Positions 1 to 10,744 of a stretch of 64,000 nucleotides of DNA are shown one piece after another. This stretch comes from an uncultured delta proteobacterium (GTDB lineage Bacteria > Myxococcota > Myxococcia > Myxococcales > Anaeromyxobacteraceae). The stretch is taken from assembly GCA_963828255.1 (NCBI GenBank), contig CAWHDZ010000011.1, positions 32,001 to 96,000 of the forward strand, written 5' to 3'. The notes beneath the pieces were generated by a model. It was not told where the DNA came from. It saw only the letters and a list, made by a program, of their open reading frames with translations, and ran no database searches. Numbering within the stretch: the stretch's first letter is position 1; every line of letters begins with the position of its first letter. Made by a program: the position numbers and the translations under genes.

Positions 1-1545
1 AACGCGGCCCGCTTCCGGCAGATGCTCGTGGACCTGGGGCCCACCTACGTGAAGCTGGGTCAGCTGCTCTCCAGCCGCCCCGACATCCTCCCGCCCCCAT
101 GGATCGTGGAGCTCTCCGTCCTTCAGGACGCCTGCGAGCCCGTGCCCGTCGCCGCCATCCGGCGACAGATCGAGCTCGGCCTCGGCCGCCCGGCGGACGA
201 GATCTTCGCCTGGATGGACCCGGTCCCGGCGGCCAGCGCATCCATCGCCCAGGTCCACCGCGCGCGCACCCACGACGGCGTGGAGGTCGCGGTCAAGGTG
301 CAGCGCCCCGGCGTCCGCGAGCAGTTCGAGGCCGACCTGGGCCTCCTGCAGTACGTGGCCCGGCTCCTCGAGGCCCTGGTGGAGGAGACGGGCATCTACA
401 CCCCGACGGACATCCTCCACGAGTTCGACCGGGCCATCCACGAGGAGCTCGACTTCGCCAACGAGGCCCGCAACGCCCGGGACATGGCCGAGGCCTCCCG
501 TGGGCTGCCCTTCGTCGTCATCCCCGGGGTGCACGCCTCCCTCTCCTGCGCGACCGTCCTCACCCTCGACTTCGTCGAGGGGCTCAAGGTGACCGACATC
601 GAGGGGCGCGAGGGGTACGACCCGAAGAAGGTGGCGAGGAACATCATCGAGGCCACCTTCCGCCAGCTCTTCGGCGGCGGGATCTTCCATGGCGACCCGC
701 ACCCCGGGAACATCCTGGTCCTCCCGGAGAACCGGATCGCCTTCCTCGACTTCGGCCTGGTCGGACGCATCGCCCGCCCCATGCAGGAATCGCTGGTCAC
801 GCTCCTCGTGGCCGTGGCGCTCCGCGACCCCGAGACGGTGGCGCGGATCCTCTACCGCATCGGCGTCCCCGAGGCCCACACCTCCATCAGCACCCTGCGG
901 GACGACATCTCCGCCATCCTCGATCGGTACCTGGGGCTCAAGCTCGACCAGATCCGTTCCTCCACGCTCCTCACCGACATGCTCGATCTGGCGGTGCGCC
1001 ACAAGATCAAGGTTCCCCGGGAGTACGCGCTTCTCGGCAAGGCCTCGGTGACCGTGGAGGGGCTCATCCGCGGGCTCTATCCGGAGCTGGACGTGATGGA
1101 GGTTGGGCTGCCCTACGCGAAGGAGATGCTCTTCTCGCGGTTCCAGTCGGGCGACGCGTCCGGCGCGCTGCTCAAGTCGATGCTGAAGCTCCAGGGGCTG
1201 GCCGAGGACGTCCCCGCCCAGCTCACCCAGATCCTCTCCGACCTGGAGGGCGGCAAGTTCCGCGTTCACGTCCGCTCGGAGTCGATCGACCGGGTCGCCG
1301 ACAACGTGCGCTCGCTGGGGCTCACCGTGTTCCTGGGGCTGCTCGCCAGCGCGCTGGCACTGGGCGGCCTCTTCGTGGTGGCCCGGCAGCTGGCCGGCTC
1401 GCAGGCCATCCTCCTGCTGGGGTTCTCGGCCCTGCTGCTGGCCGGGTTCCTCTTCGGCGCGTCGCTCACCGTCTACTGGCTGGGCGGCCGGATCCCCAAG
1501 CTCTCGCTGCGCAAGCTCATCCACCGGGTCTCGCGCCCGGACTGA
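1..1545 (+). CDS. ABC1/UbiB (AarF) family atypical kinase, 5'-truncated by the window edge
   Basis: Frame is open from base 1. Motifs [41 protein letters not shown]; two C-terminal TM helices. Confidence 0.9.
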   Translation, partial: NAARFRQMLVDLGPTYVKLGQLLSSRPDILPPPWIVELSVLQDACEPVPVAAIRRQIELGLGRPADEIFAWMDPVPAASASIAQVHRARTHDGVEVAVKVQRPGVREQFEADLGLLQYVARLLEALVEETGIYTPTDILHEFDRAIHEELDFANEARNARDMAEASRGLPFVVIPGVHASLSCATVLTLDFVEGLKVTDIEGREGYDPKKVARNIIEATFRQLFGGGIFHGDPHPGNILVLPENRIAFLDFGLVGRIARPMQESLVTLLVAVALRDPETVARILYRIGVPEAHTSISTLRDDISAILDRYLGLKLDQIRSSTLLTDMLDLAVRHKIKVPREYALLGKASVTVEGLIRGLYPELDVMEVGLPYAKEMLFSRFQSGDASGALLKSMLKLQGLAEDVPAQLTQILSDLEGGKFRVHVRSESIDRVADNVRSLGLTVFLGLLASALALGGLFVVARQLAGSQAILLLGFSALLLAGFLFGASLTVYWLGGRIPKLSLRKLIHRVSRPD

Positions 1546-2441
1546 GGGGAGAGCGCGAGGACCCCCAGCGCCGAGAGGCGCCAGAGCTCCGCCCCGGCGG
1601 ACACCAGCGCGGCCAGGGCGGCGAGCAGCATCTCCGGGAAGAGGAGGAGCATCCTCGGGCCACCACGGGCGATGCTCCCGAAGGCGCCGAGGACCCCCTG
1701 GGCGGAGCCGGCGGCCAGGCCCGCCGCCAGCCACACCGCCAGGACCACGGCGACGCAGGCCGCCGGACGCGACAGGAAGGCCAGCGCACCCCGGCGCAGC
1801 GCCTGACCCGCCGGCTCGCCGGCCAGGGCGGCGCGCGCCACCGCCACGTCGCCCAGAGCCGACAGGGAGGCCGCCAGGAAGGCTGCGCCGGCCAGCGAGA
1901 GCGCGGCCACGAAGGCCGCCGCGCCGGGAGCCCCCCTCCCCTGGATTCGCGCGCCCACCGCAATGACTCCTAGTGAAACGAGACCGACCATCGCCTTGCC
2001 CGCGAGGTCGAGGAGGAGCGCCACCACCGCCACCGGGAGGACCCGGTGGAAGCGCCAGGCGGCACCCTGCGCGAACCCCGGCGGCTCGCCGCGGGCCCCG
2101 GACAGGCGCCAGGCCACGAGCGGAGCCGCGCCCGCCACCCAGGCCACCCGGACGGCGCCCCAGAGGAGGACCCCTGCGAGCCAGAGCCCCAGGGCGATGG
2201 AGAGGAACCGGGGAGACGCCCAGGCCTGGAGAACCGCGCCCAGGGCCGCTGCCGGCCCCCCGCCCCGGTGGAGGGCTTCCCGGGCGGCCATAGAGGAGAC
2301 GGCCCCGACGAAGGCGACGGCGGGGAGAGCCAGGGCGCCCCTGACCACGGTCACCCCCATCCCCAGGACTGCCACCCAGGACTCCCCGGCGACTGCCCGG
2401 AACCCTGCGCCGAGCGCGCTTGCCACCGTTGGTGCCTGCAC
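1473..2441 (-). CDS. Multi-pass membrane protein of unknown function
   Basis: Hydrophobic Ala/Leu/Gly-rich 3' part of ORF 1473..3257. GTG start inferred at 2441; the upstream part is antisense to lexA. Confidence 0.7.
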   Translation of the reverse strand: MQAPTVASALGAGFRAVAGESWVAVLGMGVTVVRGALALPAVAFVGAVSSMAAREALHRGGGPAAALGAVLQAWASPRFLSIALGLWLAGVLLWGAVRVAWVAGAAPLVAWRLSGARGEPPGFAQGAAWRFHRVLPVAVVALLLDLAGKAMVGLVSLGVIAVGARIQGRGAPGAAAFVAALSLAGAAFLAASLSALGDVAVARAALAGEPAGQALRRGALAFLSRPAACVAVVLAVWLAAGLAAGSAQGVLGAFGSIARGGPRMLLLFPEMLLAALAALVSAGAELWRLSALGVLALSPQSGRETRWMSLRSESLGIRPPSQ

Positions 2442-2496
2442 GCGAAGGACCGTACGCGCCCTCCCATCCCGCGGCAAGGCCGGGAGGGAACGGAAG

Positions 2497-2534
2497 TTGC
2501 GTCTGAACGTCCGACGGGTATACTTGCGTTCAGG
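2497..2534 (+). promoter_or_regulatory. lexA sigma-70 promoter overlapped by putative LexA operator(s)
   Basis: TTGCGT(2497-2502)-N16-TATACT(2519-2524). Inverted CTGAACG(2503-2509)/CGTTCAG(2527-2533). GTATACTTGCGTTCAGG resembles the Myxococcus LexA box CTRHAMRYBYGTTCAGS with 2 mismatches. Confidence 0.65.
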
Positions 2535-2546
2535 AGGGTGGACGCC

Positions 2547-3236
2547 ATGGAAGGCCTGACCGATCGACAGCTCGAGGTGCTGCGCTTCATCGCCCGCCAG
2601 ATCGAGGAGCAGGGCTACCCGCCCACCATCCGGGAGATCGGCGAGGCGCTGGAGATCCGCTCCACCAACGGCGTGAACGACCACCTGAAGGCGCTCGAGC
2701 GCAAGGGCTTCCTCACGCGCGACCCGGTGAAGTCCCGGGCGCTCATCCCCACCCCCAGGGCCCGCGAGGCGCTGTCCGGGCGCGGCTCCGGGGCCCAGGT
2801 CATCTCCCTGGCCGCCCGCTCGGCAGCGAAGCAGGCCTCCCGCCTGGTTGACGTCCCCATCGTCGGCCGCGTCGCCGCCGGCCAGCCCATCCTGGCCGAG
2901 GAGCGCATCGAGGACACCGTCCAGGTCGACTCCTTCTTCCTGGGCGCGGGGCGCAAGGTCTACGGCCTCCGGGTCCAGGGCGACTCGATGATCGGCGACG
3001 GCATCCTTCCCGGCGACTACATCTTCGTCCGCAAGCAGCTGAACGCCGACGACGGCGACATCGTGGTGGCCATGATCGACGACGAGGCCACCGTGAAGCG
3101 GGTCTACTTCGAGGGCGACCGCATCCGGTTCCAGCCCTCCAACCCGCGCATGGCCCCCATCTACGTCCGCGAATCCGACTTCCGCAGCACCATGATCCTC
3201 GGCGTCGTCGTCGGTATCTACCGCCGCCTGCAGTAG
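2547..3236 (+). CDS. lexA: SOS repressor LexA
   Basis: [22 protein letters not shown] wHTH, VAAG cleavage site, GDSM Ser, ATVKR Lys; AGGAGG RBS before ATG 2547. Confidence 0.97.
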   Translation: MEGLTDRQLEVLRFIARQIEEQGYPPTIREIGEALEIRSTNGVNDHLKALERKGFLTRDPVKSRALIPTPRAREALSGRGSGAQVISLAARSAAKQASRLVDVPIVGRVAAGQPILAEERIEDTVQVDSFFLGAGRKVYGLRVQGDSMIGDGILPGDYIFVRKQLNADDGDIVVAMIDDEATVKRVYFEGDRIRFQPSNPRMAPIYVRESDFRSTMILGVVVGIYRRLQ

Positions 3237-3267
3237 CGCTTTCCGCGGGCTCGCCACCCGCGCGTCA

Positions 3268-4524
3268 TCACCCGCGCGTCTTCGCCTGCCTCACGTACCG
3301 GTCGAGGTCCTCGCGGTCGATGAGCGAGAGGATCTCCACGGTGTTCTGCCGCTCTGCGCGCCGGTAGATGAGCCGGACGTCGGTGGCCACCCGCACACGG
3401 TAATAGCCCGGCAGCCCTTCCAGCGGGATGGCCCGCAGGCTGGGGTGGCGGTGGTCCTGGGCGAGCAGGTGGGCCTGCTTGAAGGCGGCCCGCAGGATCC
3501 TCCGGTCCCAGCCCTCGATGGAGTCGTAGAACTCCCGCGTGTAGACCGGCATGAGCCAGGTCTCGGGGTCGCTCCCCTCCGCCTCCTCCGGTGCGGCTGG
3601 CCCGGGCTCCGGCGCCGGCCGCGGGGCACGCTCGGCCCTGGCCCGCGTGAGCTCGGTCTCGAGTTCCTGCTCCCGCTCCCTGGACCGCGTGAGGCGCGCC
3701 TCCAGCGCGCCGAGCTTGCCCCCCAGGTCGCGGAGCTCGGCGCGCGCACGGTGGGCGTCCTGCGCCGCGTCCGACGCGCGCAGCGCATCCGCCTCGCCGC
3801 GCGCGCGGGTCGCCTCCTGCCGTGCGGCGGCCTCGGCATCCTGGGCCCGCGCCAACTCCTCGACCGCCCGGGACTCCCGCGCACGGGCCTCGCGCAGCGC
3901 GCCCTGGAGCTTCTCCCGCTGCTCCTCGCCCCTGAGGCGGACCTCCTCGGCGCGGGCCTCGCCCGCCCTCTCGGCCTCCTGCAGCCGCGCCTCCATCCGG
4001 GCGAGCTCGCCGACCAGTGCGACGACCTGCGCGGCCGGATCGTCCGCGTCCTCGCCGTCACGGGCCGGAGGGCGGGCGCCTTCCTTGCCGGAACCGAAGT
4101 AGTGGACCGCCAGCTCGTCGAGGAACGGGAGGGCGGTGGCTCGGATCTCGGCCCTGCGGTCGGAGAGCACCCTCCAGAGCGAAAGGGCGAGCGCGGCGTC
4201 CCCGCCCCCCACGTCGAGCAGGTCGTCGGCGTCCTCGATCCCCAGCACGGTTCGCGGGAACGGGGGGCGCTCGAAGGCCTTCGTGAGTGCGTCCAGCACC
4301 GACCGGGCGGAGGTCGGGTTGGCGCGGATCTCGTCGGCGATGACGTCGCACCGCTCCACGTCGCCGAGGGAGCCGGTGCGGAAGCCGGGGATGGAGAGCT
4401 TCCGCTCCTTGACGATGGCGCGGGTCTCCTCCGGCGTGAGCGCCACGAAGAGGAAGACCGAGAGCTGGTCGCGGGACAGCCCCTCGAGCGGCGCGTCCAG
4501 GATCTGGAGCTTGCCCTTCGCCAT
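3268..4524 (-). CDS. Coiled-coil protein with a C-terminal RelE/ParE-like domain
   Basis: Long E/A/R heptad region, then PVYTREFYDSI...HPSLRAIPLEGLPGYYRVRVATDVRLIY, typical of the RelE fold. Confidence 0.7.
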   Translation of the reverse strand: MAKGKLQILDAPLEGLSRDQLSVFLFVALTPEETRAIVKERKLSIPGFRTGSLGDVERCDVIADEIRANPTSARSVLDALTKAFERPPFPRTVLGIEDADDLLDVGGGDAALALSLWRVLSDRRAEIRATALPFLDELAVHYFGSGKEGARPPARDGEDADDPAAQVVALVGELARMEARLQEAERAGEARAEEVRLRGEEQREKLQGALREARARESRAVEELARAQDAEAAARQEATRARGEADALRASDAAQDAHRARAELRDLGGKLGALEARLTRSREREQELETELTRARAERAPRPAPEPGPAAPEEAEGSDPETWLMPVYTREFYDSIEGWDRRILRAAFKQAHLLAQDHRHPSLRAIPLEGLPGYYRVRVATDVRLIYRRAERQNTVEILSLIDREDLDRYVRQAKTRG

Positions 4525-4536
4525 GCCCGGCCGCCT

Positions 4537-5373
4537 CTAGCCCCGCGAGGCGACGACGGGCTGGACCGACCGGATGCCGCCGCGGTCCACCTCGTAGACG
4601 AAACCGCGTGCGCGGCGGACCGGCTCCTCGGCGACGCGCGACGCCGACCCGGCGCAGAGGATCGGGGTGGGCCCGGCGGCGCCCGGGATGTCGACGCGGA
4701 AGGCGCAGTGGCGGTGTCCGTGCAGCACGCCGGCGATCCGGACGTCGGCCACCATGCGAATGATCTTGTCGGCGTCCTGGAGCGGCGTCCGGGCCACCAG
4801 CGCGTCGGACGGGATCCGCTCGCGGGGGAGGACCAGGTGGTGGTGGAGCGCGAGGAGCACCGCCCGCCCCTCCTTCACGTGCTCCCGGACCAGCTCGCGG
4901 CAGGCCTGGAGCTGCGCCGAGCCCAGGAGCCCGGCCGTGTCGTGCGGGCTCTCCCCGAACTGGGCGCTGTCGAGGGCGATGATGGCGACCTCGGGAGCGG
5001 GAAGGACCGCGAACGGGTACGAGGGCTCGGGGCGCCGCATGCCCCGGCCATCGGGCCCGATCATCCGGAGGAACCGGGCCGTCTTCACCGATTCGGCCGT
5101 CCAGAGGTCGTGGTTGCCGGGGACGACGGTGAGCTTGCCGGCGTCGGCCCACCTGCGCAGGAGCTTCCCTGCCCGCTCGAACTCGCTCGCCTCGGAGGAG
5201 AGCGTGAGGTCGCCGGTCACCACCAGGTGGTCCACTCCCGCCGCCTCGAGGTCGTCGAGGACGCGCTGGGCGAGCCGGGCCGAGTGCCGGTCGCAGTCCC
5301 TGGGAAGGTAGCCGTTGCGCGGATATCGTCCGCGGTCGGAGAGATGCAGGTCGGAGACGTGGCCGAGGCGCAA
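4537..5373 (-). CDS. Calcineurin-like metallophosphoesterase (CpdA/Icc-like)
   Basis: Motifs SDLH, TGD, GNHD, HH, HGHRH. Confidence 0.9.
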   Translation of the reverse strand: MRLGHVSDLHLSDRGRYPRNGYLPRDCDRHSARLAQRVLDDLEAAGVDHLVVTGDLTLSSEASEFERAGKLLRRWADAGKLTVVPGNHDLWTAESVKTARFLRMIGPDGRGMRRPEPSYPFAVLPAPEVAIIALDSAQFGESPHDTAGLLGSAQLQACRELVREHVKEGRAVLLALHHHLVLPRERIPSDALVARTPLQDADKIIRMVADVRIAGVLHGHRHCAFRVDIPGAAGPTPILCAGSASRVAEEPVRRARGFVYEVDRGGIRSVQPVVASRG

Positions 5374-5501
5374 GCTGGCGGGATGCTATCGGCAGGGGGC
5401 GGAAGCGTCAAACGGCACCGCGGCGGCTTGACCCCCCCCTTTCCTGTCTTAGATCGACCATCATGGTCCCGTCGGATACCCTGGGTGCGAAGGAGTACGC
5501 C

Positions 5502-7970
5502 ATGTCGGAAAAGAAGAAGGAGGGTGCTGGCGCCCAGGTCGCCCCCGCGATGGGGCCACCGGCCCTCATCAACAAGGAGGACATCCCGCAGGTCCTCCCC
5601 ATCCTGCCCCTGCGCAACTCGGTCTTCTTCCCTGGAGGCGTGCTTCCACTCGCCGTGGGGCGGCAGAAGACCATCGCGCTCATCAAGGACGCCGTCCGCG
5701 ACGAGCAGGTCATCGGGGTCGTCACCCAGCGCCGCGCCGAGGAGGAAGACCCGGGCGCCGCCGACCTCTACACCGTCGGTACCGTGGCCCGCATCGTGAA
5801 GCTCCTCAAGATGGGGGAGGACAACTACTCCCTCGTGGTCCAGGGGCTCGCCCGGGTCCGGATCCTCGACCTGGTCCAGGAGACGCCCTACCTCAAGGCG
5901 CGCGTCGAGCCGGTGGAGGACAAGACCTCTGTGGACGAGGTCGAGGTCGAGGCCCTGGCCATCAACTTGAAGAAGCTGGCCCGCGAGGTGATCGAGCTCA
6001 TGCCGGAGCTGCCCACGGCGGCCACCGAGCTGGTGGACTCGATCACCCACCCCGGCCACCTCGCCGACCTCATCGCCGCCAACGTGGACGTCCCCATCGA
6101 GGAGAAGCAGCAGGTCCTCGAGACGGTGGACCTCAAGGCGCGCATGAAGCTCGTGCTCGAGCTGCTCAACCGCAAGCGGGAGATCCTCAAGCTCTCCAAC
6201 AAGATCGACAGCGCCGTGAAGGGCGAGATGTCGAAGACCCAGCGCGAGTACTACCTGCGCCAGCAGCTCAAGGCCATCAAGGAGGAGCTTGGCGAGCTGG
6301 GCGAGGAGGAGGAGGAGCTCGACGAGCTGGGCGAGCGGCTCAAGAAGGCCGGCCTCCCCCCCGATGTCGAGAAGGTCGCCAACAAGGAGCTCAACCGGTT
6401 GAAGGCCATCCCAACGGCCAGCTCCGAGCACGCCGTGGCCCGCACCTACCTCGACTGGATCGCCGACCTTCCCTGGTCCAAGCGCACCGAGGACAACCTC
6501 GACATCGAGAACGCGCGCCAGATCCTCGACGCCGATCACTACGGCCTCGACAAGATCAAGAAGCGCATCCTCGAGTACCTGGCGGTGCGCAAGCTGAAGA
6601 ACGACATGCGCGGCCCCATCCTCTGCTTCGTCGGGCCTCCCGGCGTGGGCAAGACCTCGCTCGGCCAGTCCATCGCCCGGGCCACCGGCCGCAAGTTCGT
6701 CCGCCTGAGCCTGGGCGGCGTGCGCGACGAGGCGGAGATCCGCGGCCACCGCCGCACCTATGTCGGCGCGCTGCCCGGCCGGATCATCCAGTCCATGAAG
6801 AAGGCGGGGGCGAACAACCCCACCATGATGCTCGACGAGATCGACAAGCTCGGCGCCGACTTCCGCGGCGACCCCAGCGCGGCGCTCCTCGAGGTGCTCG
6901 ATCCGGAGCAGAACTTCAGCTTCTCCGACCACTACCTCGACGTGGCCTTCGACCTCTCCAAGGTGATGTTCATCGCCACGGCGAACCTGCTCGACCCCAT
7001 CCCGTCGCCGCTCCGCGACCGAATGGAGATCCTCGAGCTGCCCGGCTACACCTTCGAGGAGAAGGTGCACATCGCCCAGCAGCACCTCGTGCCCAAGCAG
7101 CTGAAGGAGCACGGCCTCTCACCCGACGCGATCGAGTTCTCCGAGAAGGCGCTCATCAAGATCATCATGGCCTACACCCGGGAGGCCGGAGTCCGGAACC
7201 TCGAGCGGCGCATCGCCGACGTGGCGCGCGCCATCGCGGTCGAGGTGGCGGGGGGGAAGGTCCCTCCCGGCGCCCGGCGCTCCATCGAGGAGCTGGACCT
7301 CGCCGACATGCTCGGGCCGGAGAAGTTCTACAACGAGACGGCCGAGCGGACCGAGGTGGCCGGCGTGGCCACCGGTCTCGCCTGGACCGCGGCGGGCGGT
7401 GACCTGCTCTTCATCGAGGCCACCCGCATGCCGGGCAAGGGGTCGCTCACCCTCACCGGCCAGCTCGGCGACGTCATGAAGGAGTCGGCCCAGGCGGCGC
7501 TCTCCTACCTCCGCTCCAAGGCCGATCACCTGGGCATTCCCAGCAACTTCCTCGAGAAGACCGACATCCACATCCACTTCCCGGCCGGCGCCATCCCCAA
7601 GGACGGCCCCAGCGCCGGCGTGACCATCCTCACGGCGCTGGTGTCGCTGCTCACCGGGATCCGCGTCCGATCCGACGTGGCCATGACGGGCGAGGCCACG
7701 CTCCGCGGCCTCGTCCTCCCGGTCGGCGGCATCAAGGAGAAGGTCCTGGCCGCACACCGGGCGGGGATCAAGCGGGTCATCATGCCGGCCCGGAACGAGA
7801 AGGACCTGGTGGACGTCCCGGAGCAGGCCCGCAAGGAGCTCGAGTTCGTCTTCGCCACCCACATGGACGACGTCCTCGGCGCGGCCCTCGAGGAAAATCC
7901 GGTGGGCCGGAAGGTGCCGACGCCCCCTCCCCCGGAGGGTGGCGCCAAGCCCCCGGAAGTCCGCGCCTGA
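5502..7970 (+). CDS. lon: ATP-dependent Lon protease (LonD/BsgA-like)
   Basis: [15 protein letters not shown]-domain, Walker [37 protein letters not shown] before ATG 5502 (alternative start 5463). Confidence 0.97.
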   Translation: MSEKKKEGAGAQVAPAMGPPALINKEDIPQVLPILPLRNSVFFPGGVLPLAVGRQKTIALIKDAVRDEQVIGVVTQRRAEEEDPGAADLYTVGTVARIVKLLKMGEDNYSLVVQGLARVRILDLVQETPYLKARVEPVEDKTSVDEVEVEALAINLKKLAREVIELMPELPTAATELVDSITHPGHLADLIAANVDVPIEEKQQVLETVDLKARMKLVLELLNRKREILKLSNKIDSAVKGEMSKTQREYYLRQQLKAIKEELGELGEEEEELDELGERLKKAGLPPDVEKVANKELNRLKAIPTASSEHAVARTYLDWIADLPWSKRTEDNLDIENARQILDADHYGLDKIKKRILEYLAVRKLKNDMRGPILCFVGPPGVGKTSLGQSIARATGRKFVRLSLGGVRDEAEIRGHRRTYVGALPGRIIQSMKKAGANNPTMMLDEIDKLGADFRGDPSAALLEVLDPEQNFSFSDHYLDVAFDLSKVMFIATANLLDPIPSPLRDRMEILELPGYTFEEKVHIAQQHLVPKQLKEHGLSPDAIEFSEKALIKIIMAYTREAGVRNLERRIADVARAIAVEVAGGKVPPGARRSIEELDLADMLGPEKFYNETAERTEVAGVATGLAWTAAGGDLLFIEATRMPGKGSLTLTGQLGDVMKESAQAALSYLRSKADHLGIPSNFLEKTDIHIHFPAGAIPKDGPSAGVTILTALVSLLTGIRVRSDVAMTGEATLRGLVLPVGGIKEKVLAAHRAGIKRVIMPARNEKDLVDVPEQARKELEFVFATHMDDVLGAALEENPVGRKVPTPPPPEGGAKPPEVRA

Positions 7971-8050
7971 CCGGCGGGGGAAAGGACCGCCGCCCGGTGG
8001 CTCCTCCCCCGACATCCGTGTCATAGTGATCGGCGATCGATCGGACCGCC

Positions 8051-9895
8051 GTGTCGCGGTCCGGAGGGGGTGGATTGATTCGCCGGATCGACCGCTACGA
8101 ACTCCTCGAACAGGTGGGAACCGGTGGAATGTCGGTCGTCTACCGTGGTCGCGACACGTCGCTCGACCGCGAGGTCGCGATCAAGGTGCTCCATCCCCAC
8201 CTCGCCACCAGGCCGGAGTCGCGAGCGCGGTTCTCCCGGGAGGCCAGGGCCGTGGCCCGCCTCTCCCACCCGGGCATCGTGGAGATCTACGACTACTCCG
8301 GGGACGAGAACCAGGAGAGCTGGCTCGTCACCGAGTTCGTCCGCGGCAGGACGCTTCGCGCCTTCGCCGACGATGGAGGGATCCCGCTGCCCGAGTGCGG
8401 TGCGCTCGTCGGGCTCGCACTCTCCGACGCGCTCGCGCACGCGCACGCGGCCGGGGTCATCCACCGGGATCTGAAGCCCGAGAACGTGATGGTCGCCGAG
8501 TTCGGAGGGCGACCGGCGGTGAAGCTCGCCGACTTCGGGATCGCCCGCATCCTCTCGCAGGACGACCGGATGACCATGACCGGCGCGATGGTCGGATCGC
8601 CCAACCACATGGCGCCCGAGGTGGTGGACGGGAAGGAGGCCGACGAGCGGTCGGACGTCTTCTCCCTGGGCACCATCCTCTACTGGCTCTGCACCGGGCG
8701 GCTGCCCTTCGAGGCGCCCAATCCCAGCGCCACGCTGCACCGGCTGGTCACCGGCGACTTCCCCGATCCACGTTCGGTGAACAGGGCCCTCGGCGAGCCC
8801 CTGGCCCGGCTCATCGCCTCCTGCCTGGAGCTCGACCCGGCAGCCCGCCCCGCCGGCGCCGCCCAGGTCCGCGATGCGCTGGCCGCCATCCTGCGGGACG
8901 ACGGCATCGACCGACCCGACGAGACCCTGACGGCATTCCTGGCCGATCGCCGGGGAACCGCCGAGGCGCTCCGCCCCCGCATCGTCGCGGCGCGCCTCCG
9001 GCGCGGGGAGGAACACCTGGCGCGCGGCGAGGTGGCGCTCGCCCTCGGCTCCTTCGACGGGGTCCTGGCCATCGAGCCCCGCCATCCCGCCGTGCTCGCG
9101 CGGCTCGCCGAGGTGGCGCGGTCCGACCGGCGAAGGCGCTTGCTGCGCCGGGGCGCGGTGGGCCTGGGAGTGCTCGTCGTGGCGGTGCTGGCCGTGATGG
9201 GGATCGCGCGCATCCCGGAGTCCGTCCCCGTGGCCGCCGGCGGGCCAGCCCCCGCCCTCACGGCGCAGCCGGGTCCCGCCGCCGCGGCGCCAGCGGTCCA
9301 GCCCGAGGCCCGGCCCGTGGCCGAACCCGCGGTCGGCGCCTCCGCGACCGCTCCGGTCGCACTGGCCCCGGCGCGCGTCCCGGTCGACCCTTCCCGGCCG
9401 GCGCCCGCCCGCAAGGGGCCCGCCCCCGTCAGCTTCACGGTGCACGTGCGCCCCTACGCCCAGCGCGCCCTCCTCGACGGCGTCGAGGTGGCCGCCGACG
9501 AGCAACGGGTGGTCTTCTCGCTCACGCCGGGAGGGCACCGGCTCCGCATCGAGCACCCCTGCTGCGAGCCGTACGATCGCGAGATCGACGCCGCCTCGGC
9601 CCAGCGGCTCGGCGAGCTCAAGGTCCCCCTGGTGCCGCGCCCGGCGACCCTGCGCATCGGCGGGGAGCCGACCACCCGCGTCTACCTGGACGGAAGGTTC
9701 CTGGGTTCGGCCGGCGACTCGCAGCGCGAGCCCTTCCGGATCCGGATGCCCTCCGACGGACCGAACCCCTACGAGGGTGAGGTCGGCCTGCGCCTCGAGG
9801 CCCCCGGGGGGCGGGCCACCAGCGCCACGGTGCGCTTGCGCGCCGGACAGGAGATCTCCGTCCCCGCCGTCCTGACACAGGATCCGCCCCGATGA
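8051..9895 (+). CDS. Membrane Hanks-type Ser/Thr kinase with TPR-like segment, TM helix and C-terminal PEGA-like domains
   Basis: GTGGMSVV, VAIK, HRDLKPEN, DFG, MAPE motifs; TM GLGVLVVAVLAVMGI. Start codon uncertain. Confidence 0.9.
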   Translation: MSRSGGGGLIRRIDRYELLEQVGTGGMSVVYRGRDTSLDREVAIKVLHPHLATRPESRARFSREARAVARLSHPGIVEIYDYSGDENQESWLVTEFVRGRTLRAFADDGGIPLPECGALVGLALSDALAHAHAAGVIHRDLKPENVMVAEFGGRPAVKLADFGIARILSQDDRMTMTGAMVGSPNHMAPEVVDGKEADERSDVFSLGTILYWLCTGRLPFEAPNPSATLHRLVTGDFPDPRSVNRALGEPLARLIASCLELDPAARPAGAAQVRDALAAILRDDGIDRPDETLTAFLADRRGTAEALRPRIVAARLRRGEEHLARGEVALALGSFDGVLAIEPRHPAVLARLAEVARSDRRRRLLRRGAVGLGVLVVAVLAVMGIARIPESVPVAAGGPAPALTAQPGPAAAAPAVQPEARPVAEPAVGASATAPVALAPARVPVDPSRPAPARKGPAPVSFTVHVRPYAQRALLDGVEVAADEQRVVFSLTPGGHRLRIEHPCCEPYDREIDAASAQRLGELKVPLVPRPATLRIGGEPTTRVYLDGRFLGSAGDSQREPFRIRMPSDGPNPYEGEVGLRLEAPGGRATSATVRLRAGQEISVPAVLTQDPPR

Positions 9896-10734
9896 TCGCC
9901 CTCCTCCTCGTCCTGACGCTCGCCACCCCCGAGGCCGACGTGAAGCGCGCGCGCGACCGCTACGAGTTCGGGGCCTACGCCGACGCCGCCGGGGCGGCCC
10001 GGGAGATCCTGTCGCGCAGCACGGCGCTCCCCGAGCCCGTCGCGCTCGAGGCCTGGCGCATCCTGGGGCTCGCCGAGTACCAGCTCGGTGACCTGCCGGC
10101 CGCCCGCGACGCCTTCATCCACCTGCTCTCGATCGACCCCGATCAGACGCTCGACCCGTTCCTCGTCCCGCCGCCCATCGTGGAGTTCTTCGACAAGGTC
10201 CGGGCCGACGCGGAGCCGGAGCTGGCGCCGCTCCGGGAACGGAAGCGGCTGCTGGAGGAGCAGGGGCGGCTCGCGGAGGAGGCGAGGCGCAGGCTCCTCG
10301 CCGAGGAGGCGATCCGCTCCGGACCGCCATCGAAGGTCATCCTGGTGGAGGAGCACGTCTACATGCTCAACTTCCTGCCCTTCGGCGTCGGGCAGTTCCA
10401 GAACGGGGACACCACGAAGGGCATCGTCATCGCGGTGTCGCAGGTGGTGCTAGGCGCCATCAACCTGGGAGCGATCCTGGCGCACAACGCCATCGCCGAC
10501 GACCCCTCGCGCCGATGCCTGGTGAGCACCCCCACCAACTGCAGCAACCCGCCCATCCCCGACTCCGACCGGGCGCTGCTGCAGAACATCGACATCGTGA
10601 AGTACGTCTCCGCCGGCCTCTTCTGGGGGGTCTACGCCTACGGCGTGGTGGACTCGCTCGCCAACTTCGTCCCCCGCATCGAGACCGAGATCACCCCGGG
10701 GCGCACGGCTGTGAAGCTCTCGTGGGACTTCTAG
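9892..10734 (+). CDS. Exported TPR-containing protein
   Basis: Signal peptide MIALLLVLTLA, TPR-like AWRILGLAEYQLGD, PFGVGQFQNG membrane motif, terminal Phe; ATGA overlap with the kinase. Confidence 0.75.
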   Translation: MIALLLVLTLATPEADVKRARDRYEFGAYADAAGAAREILSRSTALPEPVALEAWRILGLAEYQLGDLPAARDAFIHLLSIDPDQTLDPFLVPPPIVEFFDKVRADAEPELAPLRERKRLLEEQGRLAEEARRRLLAEEAIRSGPPSKVILVEEHVYMLNFLPFGVGQFQNGDTTKGIVIAVSQVVLGAINLGAILAHNAIADDPSRRCLVSTPTNCSNPPIPDSDRALLQNIDIVKYVSAGLFWGVYAYGVVDSLANFVPRIETEITPGRTAVKLSWDF

Positions 10735-10744
10735 GGGGGCGCCC

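Noticed and set aside
99..1973. Arg/Pro/Gly-rich alternative-frame ORFs (also 3445..5799, 5217..7112, 24895..28191, 32210..34702, 47342..49816 and others)
   Set aside because: Off-frame or antisense shadows of well-supported genes in GC-rich DNA.
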